A DNA stretch of 64,000 bases from Podarcis liolepis. Lineage: Eukaryota. The position numbers and the translations under genes are program-made. Under the pieces are notes generated by a model. The model had not been told where the DNA came from. It saw only the letters and a list, made by a program, of their open reading frames with translations, and made no database searches. Positions 12,968 to 25,059 of this stretch are shown here, in pieces. Position 1 is the first letter of the stretch. Each line of letters opens with the position of its first letter. Location of the stretch: the NCBI GenBank assembly GCA_965112155.1, contig OZ218104.1; one strand, written 5' to 3'.

Positions 12968-15900
12968 TTACCAAGGAAGTACATCCCCCTGCCAATTCAC
13001 AAAAGTCCCAGTGTCTTTTTCCGAGAGATGGGAAAGGGTCTTCAGGATGCTTTGCACACTCTCATTCACTGTGAGTAACTGGAAAGAAAGAACAGTGACA
13101 CAGGGACTTGTGAGTAAAAGAAAAGAAAAGAAAAAAGAGTGTCAAAAAACATAAGTAACATCATCTGAGAGTACAGAGGACAACATTCACGCACCGTCCA
13201 TCAAACACAAACAGAGAAGCATTCTGGACGACTGCTCTCTATATCTGTGGATAAGGGTAATCCAATAAGACATTAATGACCCATTGTGGTGCAATGGTGA
13301 GAGTGTCAGGCTAGGACCTGGGAGATCAGGGTTCAAATCCCCACTTGGCCATGAAGATCACTGGACCACTCATTGTGTCTCAACCTAACCTACGTCACAG
13401 GTTATTGTGGGGATTAAATGAGGAGAGGAAGAACCACACATACCACCTTTAGCTCCACAAGCATTTCACAACAACACCAAAGGCTTCTAGAAGTCAACTA
13501 GAAATTTTCTTTTCCCTTCCCTTCCTTACTATTTTACTCAAAAGTCAGCTCCCATAGTGTTCACTTGAGCATACTCCTAAGTAGATCTGTCATACCTTGC
13601 CTTGTCTTCTTCCCCTCCTCTTAATGCACTTCTAATATCCCCACTCCAGCTAATCAGGCTGCAATCACTAATCCCATTTACCTAGGAGTAAGCCCCATTG
13701 AATGCAATGGGAACTTAGTTCTGAGCAAGACCGGGCTAGACTTTCTTCTGTCAATAAGTACCTTGAAAAACAAATGCTAAATCAAATGGCCTTTTGTACT
13801 TTCTGTACTTTGAAACCAAAGCCCAACCCTTCAGCTTGGTAATATTGTTCCTTTGCAGATGTCTTCCCAACAGTTATTTATTCATTCATCACACACTTTT
13901 GAATACACCTCCCCATCACTTTCCAAACCACAAACATTCACATTCTTTTTTTTTTTAAGTGATTATGTTTCACAAGAACAACAGAACCCTTTAATTCGCT
14001 TTAGTTAATCAGAACTAAGAGTTCTGGGATGTGCTTGAATCCTTCCCACAAAATGATGATAGTCAGGAAACACTGTATGCTTTTAATGCTTGTCAGTTGC
14101 TATCAGCCACAATAGCCCTTGTCCAGACAATTAGCTCTGGAAATAAATATCGTATTTTTCGTCCTATAAGGCGCACCGGCCCATAGGACGCACCTCATTT
14201 TTTTGGGGGGGGGAAATGAATTTAAAAAAATTATTCCCCCCAGCCCTGGCTGCCGCCCCAAGCCTCGCGCACCCGGTGGGACCTCCTGCCGGGTGCGCAA
14301 GGCTTGCTGACACTCGCCCGAAGCAGGGGAAGCCCTCCGGAGGGCTCCCCGTGCTTCAGGCGACAGGCTGCCGCCCCAATCCTCGCGCACCCGGTGGGAC
14401 CTCCTGCCGGGTTCGCGAGGCTTGCAGACTCTCGCCCGAAACAGGGGGAGCCCTCCGGAGGGCTCCCGGTGCTTCGGGCAACAGGCTGCTGCCCCAAGCC
14501 TCGCGCACCCGGTGGAACCTCCTGCCGGGCGCGCGAGGCTTGCAGGCATTCGCCCCATAAGACGCATCCCGATTTCCCCTGCATTTTTGGAGGGGAAAAA
14601 GTGCGTCTTATGGGGCGAAAAATATGGTAGTAGGGAATTGGCATTACCTTCACAGGGTGGATTTAAACACAGTAATAAAGTAAAGGTAAAGGGTAAAGGG
14701 ACCCCTGACCATTAGGTCCAGTCATGGCCGACTCTGGGGTTGCGGCGCTCATCTCGCTTTATTGGCTGAGGGAGCCGGTGTACAGTTTCCGGGTCACGTG
14801 ACCAGCATGACTAAGCCACTTCTGGCGAACCAGAGCAATGCACAGAAACACCGTTTACCTTCCCGCCGGAGCGGTACCTATTTATCTACTTGCATTTTGA
14901 CATGCTTTTGAACTGCTAGGTGGGCAGGAGAAGGAACCGAGCAACGGGAGCTCACCCCGTCACGGGGATTTGAACCTCCAACCTTCTGATCGGCAAGTCC
15001 TAGGCTCTGTGGTTTAACCCACAGCACCACCCTTTTCCACCCGCATCCCTTTTAAACACAGGAATACAACACTGTAAATGAGTCAGAAATTAGATTGTTT
15101 TCACCAAAAGAAAAAAATTCCAATGAGAGTTAAACAATTCTCACTCTCTGGCACCATCTGATGTTGCATGTTTAAAACACATTCAAATCACATTATTGTG
15201 ATGAATGTAGCTGAGTCCATAGACTGATTCTTGACTTATCGGGGGCATCTTTCTGGTCAGAGTTGTGGATCCAGCCACAATTCAGCAGAGAGTTGAATTT
15301 TTAAATGGCTTAAGCATTCCTAACACAATGCTGGATTGTAGCCCACCAGTGTGTGTGACTATTTTCTTGCTGGATTGGATCATCAGACCAAAGGCTTTCT
15401 TATTTTTAATTTTATTCTAATATTACTAGAGAATGTCTTTTAAAATTCTTTTGAAACTACAAACAAGTTAATAAACTCATTATCCATCCTGACCCTTATT
15501 TCAATGTAGGTCAAACGAGTTAGATAATTGCAATGCTCTTTGTATGGTGATCTGATTCTGACACAAATAACTTACCCCTCCACCTGTCATGTCTGTATGC
15601 ACAAACCCAGGATGCAGTGCAATGCACAGGATTTTGTCATTAGCATATCCCAGGGACTGGCACCGCGTCAGCATATTCAGAGCAGCCTAAGAATGAGACA
15701 TACCAGAAGCATGTAGCTGAATGATACAGCTAAGGATGGGGGATAATTCCCCCCCCCTTTTGTATTTTAATTTGAACCAATCTTATTTCCATTTCCCAAA
15801 CCAATATTCAACTGAAATGCTGCACTTCTGTAGATTTTGCAATGTAGTCCTTCACGAAAGACACAGGTGGTTTCTGTGGCTAGTTGTACCGCTTTCCATC

Positions 15901-18900
15901 TACAGTGGGTTTACCAGCTACGACCTTCCCTAGATTAGGAAACTTGTCCTGCCAGGCTTAGCTAGGTCAGTCCTTGGGAGGAAGGGTTATCAAGCTCTTT
16001 GTTCTCCCACTTTCCCCCATTCCACCTACTAGTCAGGAGGTCTAAGCTGGATGCTCCAAGCTCAGACTGTGTGGCTTAAGTAAGCCACCTTTTGTGTTTC
16101 TATACAAATAATTTAGAAACGCTCACCACTTAGGAACCTAATTCTCACTTCCTGTGTCTTATTACTGCTGTATGAATCTGACCTTTGAAGAGGTTATAAG
16201 TAAACCATTTTTAACTTACCAAATGTTTGGTCTTTTCTATGCTAAAGGAAGTGGGGAACTTTGGAAGTAACTTAGAAGGGGGTATTTTAAAGGTCTAACA
16301 AGCTATATTTCCCTGCTTTACCTTACTGCATATTTTGTTATTTTAAATCCATGCTGGGGTTCTCTCACCAAAGAGTACTTGCCCCAAACCTGGATCTAGC
16401 GATCCAGGGAATTCTCTTTTTATGATTATACCTTAACTTATTTGTCTTTTAAGCAAAATACCAACAATATCATAAAAAAAACAGAAATATCCAGAAGCAT
16501 CAAAATAGTCACTCTGTCAGTCACGCCGCTAAGATAGTCAGCCAGGAAAGCCAATGCAGTGTTCCAAAATGGGCCAAAAAATGGGCCAGATAATAATGTT
16601 CATTCATGAGTCTTTGCGGTTGTCTAGCCTCTTGGTTCTTGAGATACTTCCCCTCCCCCCCCCAAAAAAGCCAACTGGAGACTGGCCCGTAGTCATGAAG
16701 GTCAGGAGATATGTAAATACTTATATAAAAATGTATAATTACCTGGCCAGCACCTTCAAGGCAAAAGAAACATGCCCCTTGGATAACTGACCACTAAACC
16801 AGTGTTCCTTAAATTGGATGCACAGATTTTATTGGACCACAACTCCTATAATCCTCAGCCTGCTTATTCAATTGTCAGAGACAAAGATGGATCTAGGGGA
16901 GCATGACCAGTTCAGTTGCACCGAGTGCAGAACGTTAGGCCCCGCAATGACATCCAATGGAAGGCAAGAGGTGGTGGGGCCTGCTGGATATTAGTGTTAC
17001 ACAGGGCACTGTAAGCCCAACAGCACCTGAAGTCCCAAGGTTGAAGAACACTGCACAAAACTGACTACTTGTCTGTGATGTGTTGATACCTTGCTGCAAC
17101 GGTAATTGACAACTTGTCCATTCTCCCACAGGAAGAGATTTGTGATGGAGCCAGCATCACTAGAGATGTTGACAATGGCAGCTTTGCTGCAGCTCATCCC
17201 ATTCTGGGGGCTTTCCAGAGATGCCTTCCTCAGCAAGGGCAGGAATGCCTGGAGAAGAAGAGAAAAGAATTGCACACAGCAGCACATGCTGTAGAGAAGA
17301 CTGGCCATAGTGCCAGATTTAGGGTAGTGCAGGCAGTTCCCTCCACACAGGGCACTGAGCCAAGGGGGCACATAACAGCTACAACTCCTACTTCAACAGG
17401 TTTCAGTAGTAGATAGGTAGCCGTGTTGGTCTGCCATAGTCAAAATAAAAAAATTCCTTCCAATAGCACCTTAAAGACCAACTAAGTTAGTTCTTGGTAT
17501 GAGCTTTCGTGTGCATGCATCTTCTGTGTACCTGAAGAAGTGTGCATGCACACGAAAGCTCATACCAAGAACTAACTTAGTTGGTCTTTAAGGTGCTATT
17601 GGAAGGAATTTTTTTACTTCAACAGGTTCAGTCTTCCCCCATCACCTCCATTACCACGAAGGTTGCACTGTTAAATATTATTCTCTCATGCAGCTATTAC
17701 AAGCTTAGTTCCATATCCTTTCTCCATGAAAAAGGCACAGCTGCCGATCACCCCATCACCAGGAAGCAGTGACATCAGGCCACCTACTTCTCCAACATTA
17801 AGGGATCTGCAACAGGACAAGAAATCTCTGTGAAGGAGGAACAACCAGGTAGCCTTACCTGGCTCACCATCATGGGCCCAATCACATTGGTCTTGTACAC
17901 TTCAGACATGTCTTCCGGTGTCTCAGCTTCCATAACTAAGTTTATCCTTGCAATTCCAGCATTGTTTATCAGAAGGGTCAGCCCAACCCCTTTAAGCCGT
18001 TCAGTGACTCTGGTTGCAGCATCCTTGACACTAGAGGGCTCAGAAGTGTCTTCAGCAGCAAAGAGAAGAATTTCATAAGTCCAACTTTTTCTCTCACTAC
18101 AAATCAACACATTATAAGCCTTTTTCTTATGATAATATTTAGAAGGAAGAATTGGAATTTGATATGCATCAAATATTGTTCCATTTCCACCCCCTGAGAT
18201 TTAATTGCCAGAAACTGGAAGACAATAGATACAGGCAACTCACATTTTATGCAGGGGATACATTCCAGGGATGATGTGTATACACAAAAACACATATACA
18301 CCCTTGGAGCTGCCTCTGCGCAAGCAACCTTACATTTGGAGCCAGGACACTAAACAGTATAACCTCCACCCAGAAGGCAAGTCTGAGAGCTTAAAAGCTC
18401 TTTCCATGCTGGGAAAACCCTGCACAAAAAGAGATTTTAAGATCTCTGCCTTCTGTGCATTTAATTTGTGTGATTTCAACCAGCTGGCCTTCAATCACAT
18501 AAAGTTGAAATTGTGCATGTTAAGCACACATAAGGTGCAAGTTACCTGTGTTAAATATAAGAAGCCCATGTTGGAAAAGATTTAAGAACTACATGCACTT
18601 TCAAAGATAATGAACATAATAAACCACAGCTGGGCACCCTTGACCTTTAGTAACAATAGATAGCCTAGGATAGGCAAAGTCAGCCTGGAAGGTTCTTCAC
18701 TGAGAAGGCTGCCAGCTGCAATTCAGTAATGGATGGAGAACAATAGGCCAAGGGAAGCTCTTTGTGTGAGAGAGTTTTGGTTGATACTGGAAGCTGGAGA
18801 CAGAGGCTTGCCTTGCTCTGCGCTGGACCCAAAGATGTGCCCTGACAATCTTCCTGGAAACCTAATGGGGAGGCCAGATCTGTGGAGTGTTAACACTGTG

Positions 18901-21814
18901 AGCCCATCCATCCTATGCTCAAGTTGTATATATGTGTGATAAAATAAAACCATATATCCCAAAGGCACCGCAGTTTTACTTGACCTTCATTCCAAGAAAA
19001 AGCAAATCCCAGGAAAACACTGGAACACCTGGAGTCTCTCACTGCTCAGAGACTGGGGTGCATGAAATAGCATGTTTATTCACATATTTTTTCTTCAGTA
19101 GCTGTAGCTGCCTAAAGGCAATGCACAGCTACCCAATAGCAACAATCCCACAAAGGATTAAAGTGCAGTCTTCTGGCAGAGGCCCAAAACTCTTTGAACT
19201 AGTATAAAAACAATTTGTGTCAATATTGCAACACCTACAAGTTACTCATAATATCAGAGGTGGAGTCATCGCCAGGAGTACAAAGATGCCTAGATATGGA
19301 ATAGTGTGTCATATAATTGAAAGTTATAATGCAAATAGAAAGGCTCAATGATGTTGAGTTTTGCTCTCTATTTAGAGCTGAACTGGATTGTGCTCGGACT
19401 GTTTGGGGGTTCTGCCTACAATCCGTGAGGAGAATGGCCCTTTCTCACATCATGCGGTTCATCATTTGATGTGGCAGAAAGGAAATGAAAGAGTTAAAGA
19501 AAAAGAGATGAATCCTCAGTGTGAGGATGCCTCTCAGCAACTGTTGACAATGGAGTTGACTTTTATATATTTAAGTTGTTTTTTAGAACATATCCTGCAG
19601 GAAAGTAGTCTTGTGAAATGACTTTGAATCTCAGCGCTTGTCTCTGGCAATGTGGGAAGAGGGGGGGGGGCAAGGCAATTTGGTGGGGGGCAAACACATA
19701 CCCAGTGGGATAATCTCCACTCCCTGATGCTTGGCAGCCAAATCCTTCAAGACCTGTAAGATGCACAGACCATAGATTTAGGATGCAACATCAAGCCCTG
19801 GAGGTGGGAATATTTATAATTGGAGAGAAGAAAGTAGATGATTTGGGCTGTGTACACACTAACCCATTCGTAACACAAAAATGTAGTTTTTCCATAATCT
19901 GAAATAATTCATTCTCATTCTTAATAAACAGTTTTCAGTCTAGATTAAGGTTACCAGGTGTCCCCGTTTCCCGGGGACAGTCCCAAGATTTACAAATCAG
20001 TCCCCTGACAAAATCCATTTATTTAACAGGAAGTTGAAAAGTGTCCCTGGATTCGTTGAAAAAAATCTGGTAACCTTAGCCTAGATTGATTCTAGATCCT
20101 GCTGTCCACAAAGGTGGAGGTGGTTACAAGATATTCTTTTGAAATACCTCTCCTTGGTTAGGTAATCAAGAAGGAAGTGGTGATAAAGCCATGGCTGTGA
20201 ACACTCTATACCCTTGAAAGGCATTTGAAGCACCAAACAAAGAATTCTGGTCGCTGTTGTTTACCCTTCACAGAACCACAGTTCTCAGCTCCTTTACAAA
20301 ATTCAGTGCCAAGATTTTTTTGGGGGGGGGAGAACTTCAAGGTGCTTTAAAGGTATAGTGTATACACAGGCTTAGGCTGCAAACCCACATTTTATTAAAG
20401 AATCAAGGGAAACTGAGTACAGTGGTACCTCAGGTTAAGTACTTAATTTGTTCCGGAGGTCCATTCTTAACCTGAAACTGTTCTTAACCTGAAGCACCAC
20501 TTTAGCTAATGGGGCCTCCTGCTGCCGCCGCGCCACCAGAGCACGACTTCTGTTCTCATCCTGAAGCAAAGTTCTTAACCCGAGGTACTATTTCTGGGTT
20601 AGCAGAGTCTGTAACCTGAAGTGTATGTAACCCGAGGTACCACTGTACTTGTTTTTTCTATGTGTTCCACAAACAAAGATCTACTGAATAATTTTTGTCC
20701 TGGTTTTGATTTTGATTGCATAAGTGTTGCTTGCCTCTCCCCACCCAATTAACTGCAACTTGTGGTTTTAGCTTTTATTTTCAGATTAGTCACAGGTTGC
20801 AAGGATCGGTGGGTTACATAAGAGATTAAAGACTTGGCTAAGCACAAGCTATGAACCAACAAGGGACATGCCTTGTGCACCTTCCTTTTGAAGGACGGGA
20901 TGGGCCAGCACTGCTGTCTCTGTTCTAGGCAATGGAAGCAGGGTGGGTGCTGGCTCAGTATCTGATTTACTTCCACCAGCCTTGCCTGAAGGGGGAGGCT
21001 TTTACATAATAGGGGAAAGTGACAGAGGTGGAGAAGCAAGGGGGCATATCTGGAAGGGAGGTAAAGGGAGGCATTTCTGAGAGCTTACCTGAGTCTCCTT
21101 CAGAGGGTGGATCTCCACCCCCTAACCCCAGGGGCTTTCCTTGGGATCAGACACATCTTGGGGCTTTGAATCCGTAACCCACACCCCACTATAAGTCCCT
21201 ACCTGCAAGCTAAATGATACATTACCTCTTTGACAAGTTGTAAGGCTCTTTTTCCACAGTCTTCCAATCCAATTGCATACGAACGAACATTGCAATTGTA
21301 AGCACGTTGACACAGACAAAATCCTCACTGAAGTGACTATTTAGTAATGTTCAACTCACGTTATTTGTTTCAAAATCTGAGCTGTTCTTGTAATAGCCAA
21401 CCCTCAATAGCATAATCACTTCTTCCTTTAAATGTTCTTCAGATCAGGGGGTGAGAGATACCAAATCTCTTTCCTACTCATTCTTCCCTAATTCTGTAAA
21501 AGAAAGGGTTGTCAAAGCACTCAAGGGGGCCACTAAATTGTGTTTAAGCAGTCAGACCCTGGGAATGGGAAGTGCAACAAGCTTGCCTGGCGCACTTGCC
21601 TGAGGCACAAGTGTCTTGGCACCACCCTCATTTCTGTACTCATCCCAGTGTGCATCCTGTGACTCACCTGGGCACCTGGTCCTTCTGGGTCCCGGCAGGT
21701 GGCAAAGATCCATTCGGGCCGGTTGCTTTTCCCAACAAGCTGCCTCACCAGCTCCAAGCCAATACCCCGATTGGACCCAGTCACCAGGACACTGCGTGCA
21801 TTCAGCACAGCCAT
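12968..21814 (-). CDS. C-factor/CsgA-like (sniffer-like) classical SDR oxidoreductase, paralog B, 6 coding exons, 256 aa, intact
   Basis: Exons (minus): 21668-21814, 19702-19753 (VLKDLAAKHQGVEIIPL), 17859-18049 (one extra codon, NNAGIARINLVMEAET), 17090-17248 (NISSDAGSITNLFLWENGQVVNYRCSK), 15576-15686 (AALNMLTRCQSLGYANDKILCIALHPGFVHTDMTGGG), 12968-13078 (LLTVNESVQSIL...GTFVNWQGDVLPW*). GT-AG introns with the same phases as A. Confidence 0.93.
13283..13457 (+). mobile_element. tRNA-derived MIR/CORE-like SINE
   Basis: A/B-box-like head (gtggtgcaatgg...ggttcaaatccc) and ctcaacctaacctac.tcacagg core. Confidence 0.6.
14150..14627. mobile_element. Tc2/pogo-like non-autonomous element (family 2, opposite orientation) with a 118-bp GC-rich tandem repeat
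   Basis: Ends cgtatttttcgtcctataag / cttatggggcgaaaaatatgg, TA flanks; repeat units start at 14248, 14366 and 14484. Confidence 0.8.
14673..15050 (-). mobile_element. Sauria SINE
   Basis: Typical body and (ACCTTT)-type tail; 11-bp TSD tttaaacacag at 14662-14672 and 15051-15061. Confidence 0.9.
17408..17614. mobile_element. Penelope-like element remnant forming a perfect 74-bp inverted repeat
   Basis: Arms 17446-17519 and 17543-17616 are exact reverse complements; contains CTGAAGA..GAAAGCTC; approximately 18-bp TSD tacttcaacagg(t)ttcagt at 17389-17407 and 17615-17632. Confidence 0.75.
17527..17566 (+). ncRNA. Minimal type I hammerhead ribozyme-like motif (Penelope-associated)
   Basis: CTGAAGA (17532-17538), stem II GTGTGCATGCACAC, GAAA (17554-17557), palindromic AGCT, then C; stem I only partly paired. 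Confidence 0.5.
19946..20078. mobile_element. hAT MITE
   Basis: TIR TAAGGTTACCAG / CTGGTAACCTTA; 8-bp TSD g(t/c)ctagat. Confidence 0.8.
20420..20645. mobile_element. Tc1/mariner-type MITE (family 1)
   Basis: TIRs CAGTGGTACCTC / GAGGTACCACTG flanked by TA. Confidence 0.85.
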
Positions 21815-22078
21815 CTTTCTTCCCAGCCTGCGCTCAACTGACAATGCCCTCTGTTGGGCTGTTATCAGTGTGTGCTCTGCATTTGGCAAAAATCCAGTGT
21901 TGTTCAAGTTACTTCATGCAGAGGAGAAAGGAAAGAAGCTGGGGTTTGCCACTAGCAGGCAGGAACAGATTAACAAGTCTTGTTGCCTGGTGGGGAAGGG
22001 AAGCTGACAGGGCAGAAACAGCAGTCATTTAAGAAAACACAGTGGCAACCAAGGATAGCCGATTCTGACACCCAGTTC

Positions 22079-22982
22079 CATACCCTCCAACTGCCCTGAT
22101 TTTGCCGGGATCACCACAGAAACACTGCAGCCATCACGACTCCGTGACTTTGTCCTGAAAGTCCCAGATCCCAGAGCGGATCATGCCACACACCAAGTGC
22201 CTCCGCCTTTCCCTCAACCTGTTCTCATTCATCATTTGGCTTTCCCTGATCGCCACTGCAAGAAGCCCTTCTCCACATCCTTTGCTGCTTTTTGGACTCC
22301 CACCCACCCACCCCGCCCAGTGATCCCGGAGTGTGCACTTGTGTTTGGCTGCCTGCGTGTTCCCCACACCTCCACCTCCTGGGCCCTGTCAGTGTTTTGC
22401 ATGGGGGGAGGCATTGCCATGGATGCCAGGGGGGTTGGTGGGGGTGGGCAAAGAGGGCTGGGAGTGGGTGCACAAGTCCTTGGTCCTTTCAAGTGGGAAG
22501 TGCCAGAGTCTCATCCATAGAAGTGCCTCCCACCTTCTTCATCAGGGGTAGGCAACCTAAGGCCTGGGAGCTGGATGCGGCTCAATTGCCTTCTCAATCC
22601 GGCCCGCGGACAGTCCAGGAATCAGCATGTTTTTACATGAGTAGAATGTGTCGTTTTATTTAAAATGCATCTCTGGCTTATTTGTGGGGCATAGGAATTC
22701 ATTCATTTTTCCCCCAAAATATAGTCCGGCCCACCACATGATCTGAGGGACGGTGGACCGGCCCATGGCTGAAAAAGGTTGCTGACCCCTGTTCTTCATC
22801 CCAGGTGTACAGAGACATCATCATCATCATCATTCACTGGCTCAGCTCAGCACCCTGTGCAGTTGAACTACCTGCACCATCCTAAATCTGGTGCTGGAGT
22901 GGGGGGGCGGGGGGCGGAATGAAGTATTATTGATGTAGACTAGAATGTCCCTATTTTCACCTGAGGAATGTTGGGTGGTGTG
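22079..22982. mobile_element. Older hAT-like non-autonomous element hosting the 22543 MITE
   Basis: Imperfect TIR cataccctccaac / gttgggtggtgtg; no clear TSD. Confidence 0.4.
22543..22791. mobile_element. hAT MITE
   Basis: CAGGGGTAGGCAACC / GGTTGCTGACCCCTG; 8-bp TSD TTCTTCAT. Confidence 0.85.
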
Positions 22983-23996
22983 CAATTCTTCCCTGAAGTG
23001 CTTTGCTGCCAAGTCCACTTAGCAGGACTGGCCCAAGACATTTTGTCACCTGAGGTGAATGACAAAATGGCACTCCCCTCCCTGCCAGGGAAGGAGGATT
23101 GAGTAAAGATCTACATCAGGAACAAGGGGGCCGGGAGAGGATAAAGATCTAAGTCTGGCTCTGCTGCCCCTGTGGACCCTGCTCCCCAAGGTGGTCACCA
23201 AACCTTGCCTCATGGATGGAGCAGCTCTACCACTCAGCTCCTTTGTCAGGCAGACTGGCAGCAGCCCAGATACTACATGACAAGAAATAATGAGAAAGAG
23301 ATTTGTTGGGAGCTCCCTTCATGCACTGACTTAGCAAGAGGCTTTACAAGTTTGGCATGCTGCCTATTTAAAGAGAGAAGTTGGGAAAAGCCATTGTTTT
23401 GTACCTTGCTTTCTGGGTGACCTTTGGACAGAGTGGCGTTTCTGGCTCTTCCTGCTATGCTCAGCTATAGCTCTTATACTTTGCAGTCCACTTTAACCCT
23501 TCCACTTCGAGAAAGACAACTATGATGCAGGGCTGAACAAAAGTAGCCGTGGCTGTGACCCAAATATAGCCTGGGGGGGGCCTCCTCTTGCACCTCACCC
23601 CAAATGCTGTTAGGAAACATAGCATATTGAATTACATGGAATAGCAACATAATTAATGTATTGTTTAGTTTAGTATCACTTAATGAGGATAAATGCCAGG
23701 TCATTAGATAGGCAAACCTACTTTATTGAAATGCAAAAAGATTACAATATTAGGAAATTGCAAATCATAGTAAGTTCCAATCATGTTTTTTACAGTTACT
23801 AAAATTTAAAAATTATCAAATATTTGCAGAATTCAAAAAATCATTTATTACTGCAATCAACCATTTCATACTTAAACAGTTAGCCTACTTGAATTATTTC
23901 TTCCTTACATTCATTTTGATGATTTTAATTGCTCACATAGCTTTGTTTACTTGCTGCCTCCCTCTGCCAAATGGCTGGGCCAGCCCCTGAGGGAGG

Positions 23997-24198
23997 AACA
24001 TAGGAAGGAAGCTGCGGTATACTGTGTCAGACCATTGGTCCATCTTGCTGAGTATTGTCCACACTGACTGGCAGAGGCTCTCTGGATTTTCAAACAAGGG
24101 GCATTCCTATGATTCTATATTCTTGGAGGAATCAGGGTTGACCACAGAAGCTTCCGCATGCACAGCAGAGGCTCTGCCGCTGAGCTGTTACAGCACTT
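23997..24198 (-). mobile_element. tRNA-derived SINE, diverged
   Basis: Same family as the split copy at 51676-53277; contains the empty-site sequence gagtattgtccacactgactggcag. Confidence 0.65.
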
Positions 24199-24790
24199 CT
24201 CCAAATATATGCATTAGATATAGCAAATCTCTAGCTGTGACCCTTCAAATGCTTTGGTGGGGGAAGAGGAAGACTGCCCCATTGACTGGTTTAGCCTCCA
24301 CATGCCATAGTCCACCCAAATAACCCTTTCCAAACATTTGAGCTGGGGGAAAGGAGACTATCTACTCCGCCAAACAATGTTATTTGGATTCCGGCGATCT
24401 CAGTGAATAGTTGTTATTCTGCTTTTTGCTTGAAGCAGAACAGCAACCACTGGCTGTTGCTAGGTCACCCACATCTGGAAGCATCCATAACATGTGTGCA
24501 GTGGAGGCTAACTAGCACCCTTGATGCCTATATCTTGAAAGTGTGAATAAATGAGTTAACAGATGACTTGCACTGTTAAAAAGAAATACAAGCAAGTGAG
24601 ACTGCAAAAGCCACTAGGAATTAATCTCATGACACAGAGTAGTTCAAAGGAAGGCTAGATGGTGAGAGTTTCAGCTGAAGATGTATTTTTTAAAGAAGTA
24701 GGAAAAAAGGCATATTTTCTCAGGTGTTTATGTTGGCTGTGATAGTGAGGGGTTCCTTCTGCAGTGCAGACAAGCAGGTTGTTTCGTGTT

Positions 24791-25009
24791 TTACCAGGGA
24801 AGGACTTTCCCATCCAAGTTCACAAATGTGCCATGGTCCTTCTCAGAGAGAGAGGAAATGGTGTTCAGGATTTCTCGCACACTGTTGTCCACAGTCAGTG
24901 GGGGCTGCCCCTGGAAAGAGAATAGGAAATGTGACACAATGACTTGCAGTTAAACAGGAAAAAGATATTATTTTACAAACAAAATTGGTAAAACTGGTTT
25001 GTAATAATA

Positions 25010-25059
<50 letters not shown>

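Noticed and set aside
13283-13345. tRNA-like A/B boxes
   Set aside because: SINE head with no cloverleaf; not a tRNA gene.
14103-14715. ORFs of 97-154 aa over the 118-bp repeat
   Set aside because: Artefacts of a GC-rich tandem repeat inside a MITE.
18614-19075. LTR-like segments (also about 9500-9830, 15870-16460, 43798-44350 and 45340-45770)
   Set aside because: They show AATAAA/TATA-like motifs and some mutual similarity, but I could not define TG..CA ends with TSDs, so they were not called as features.
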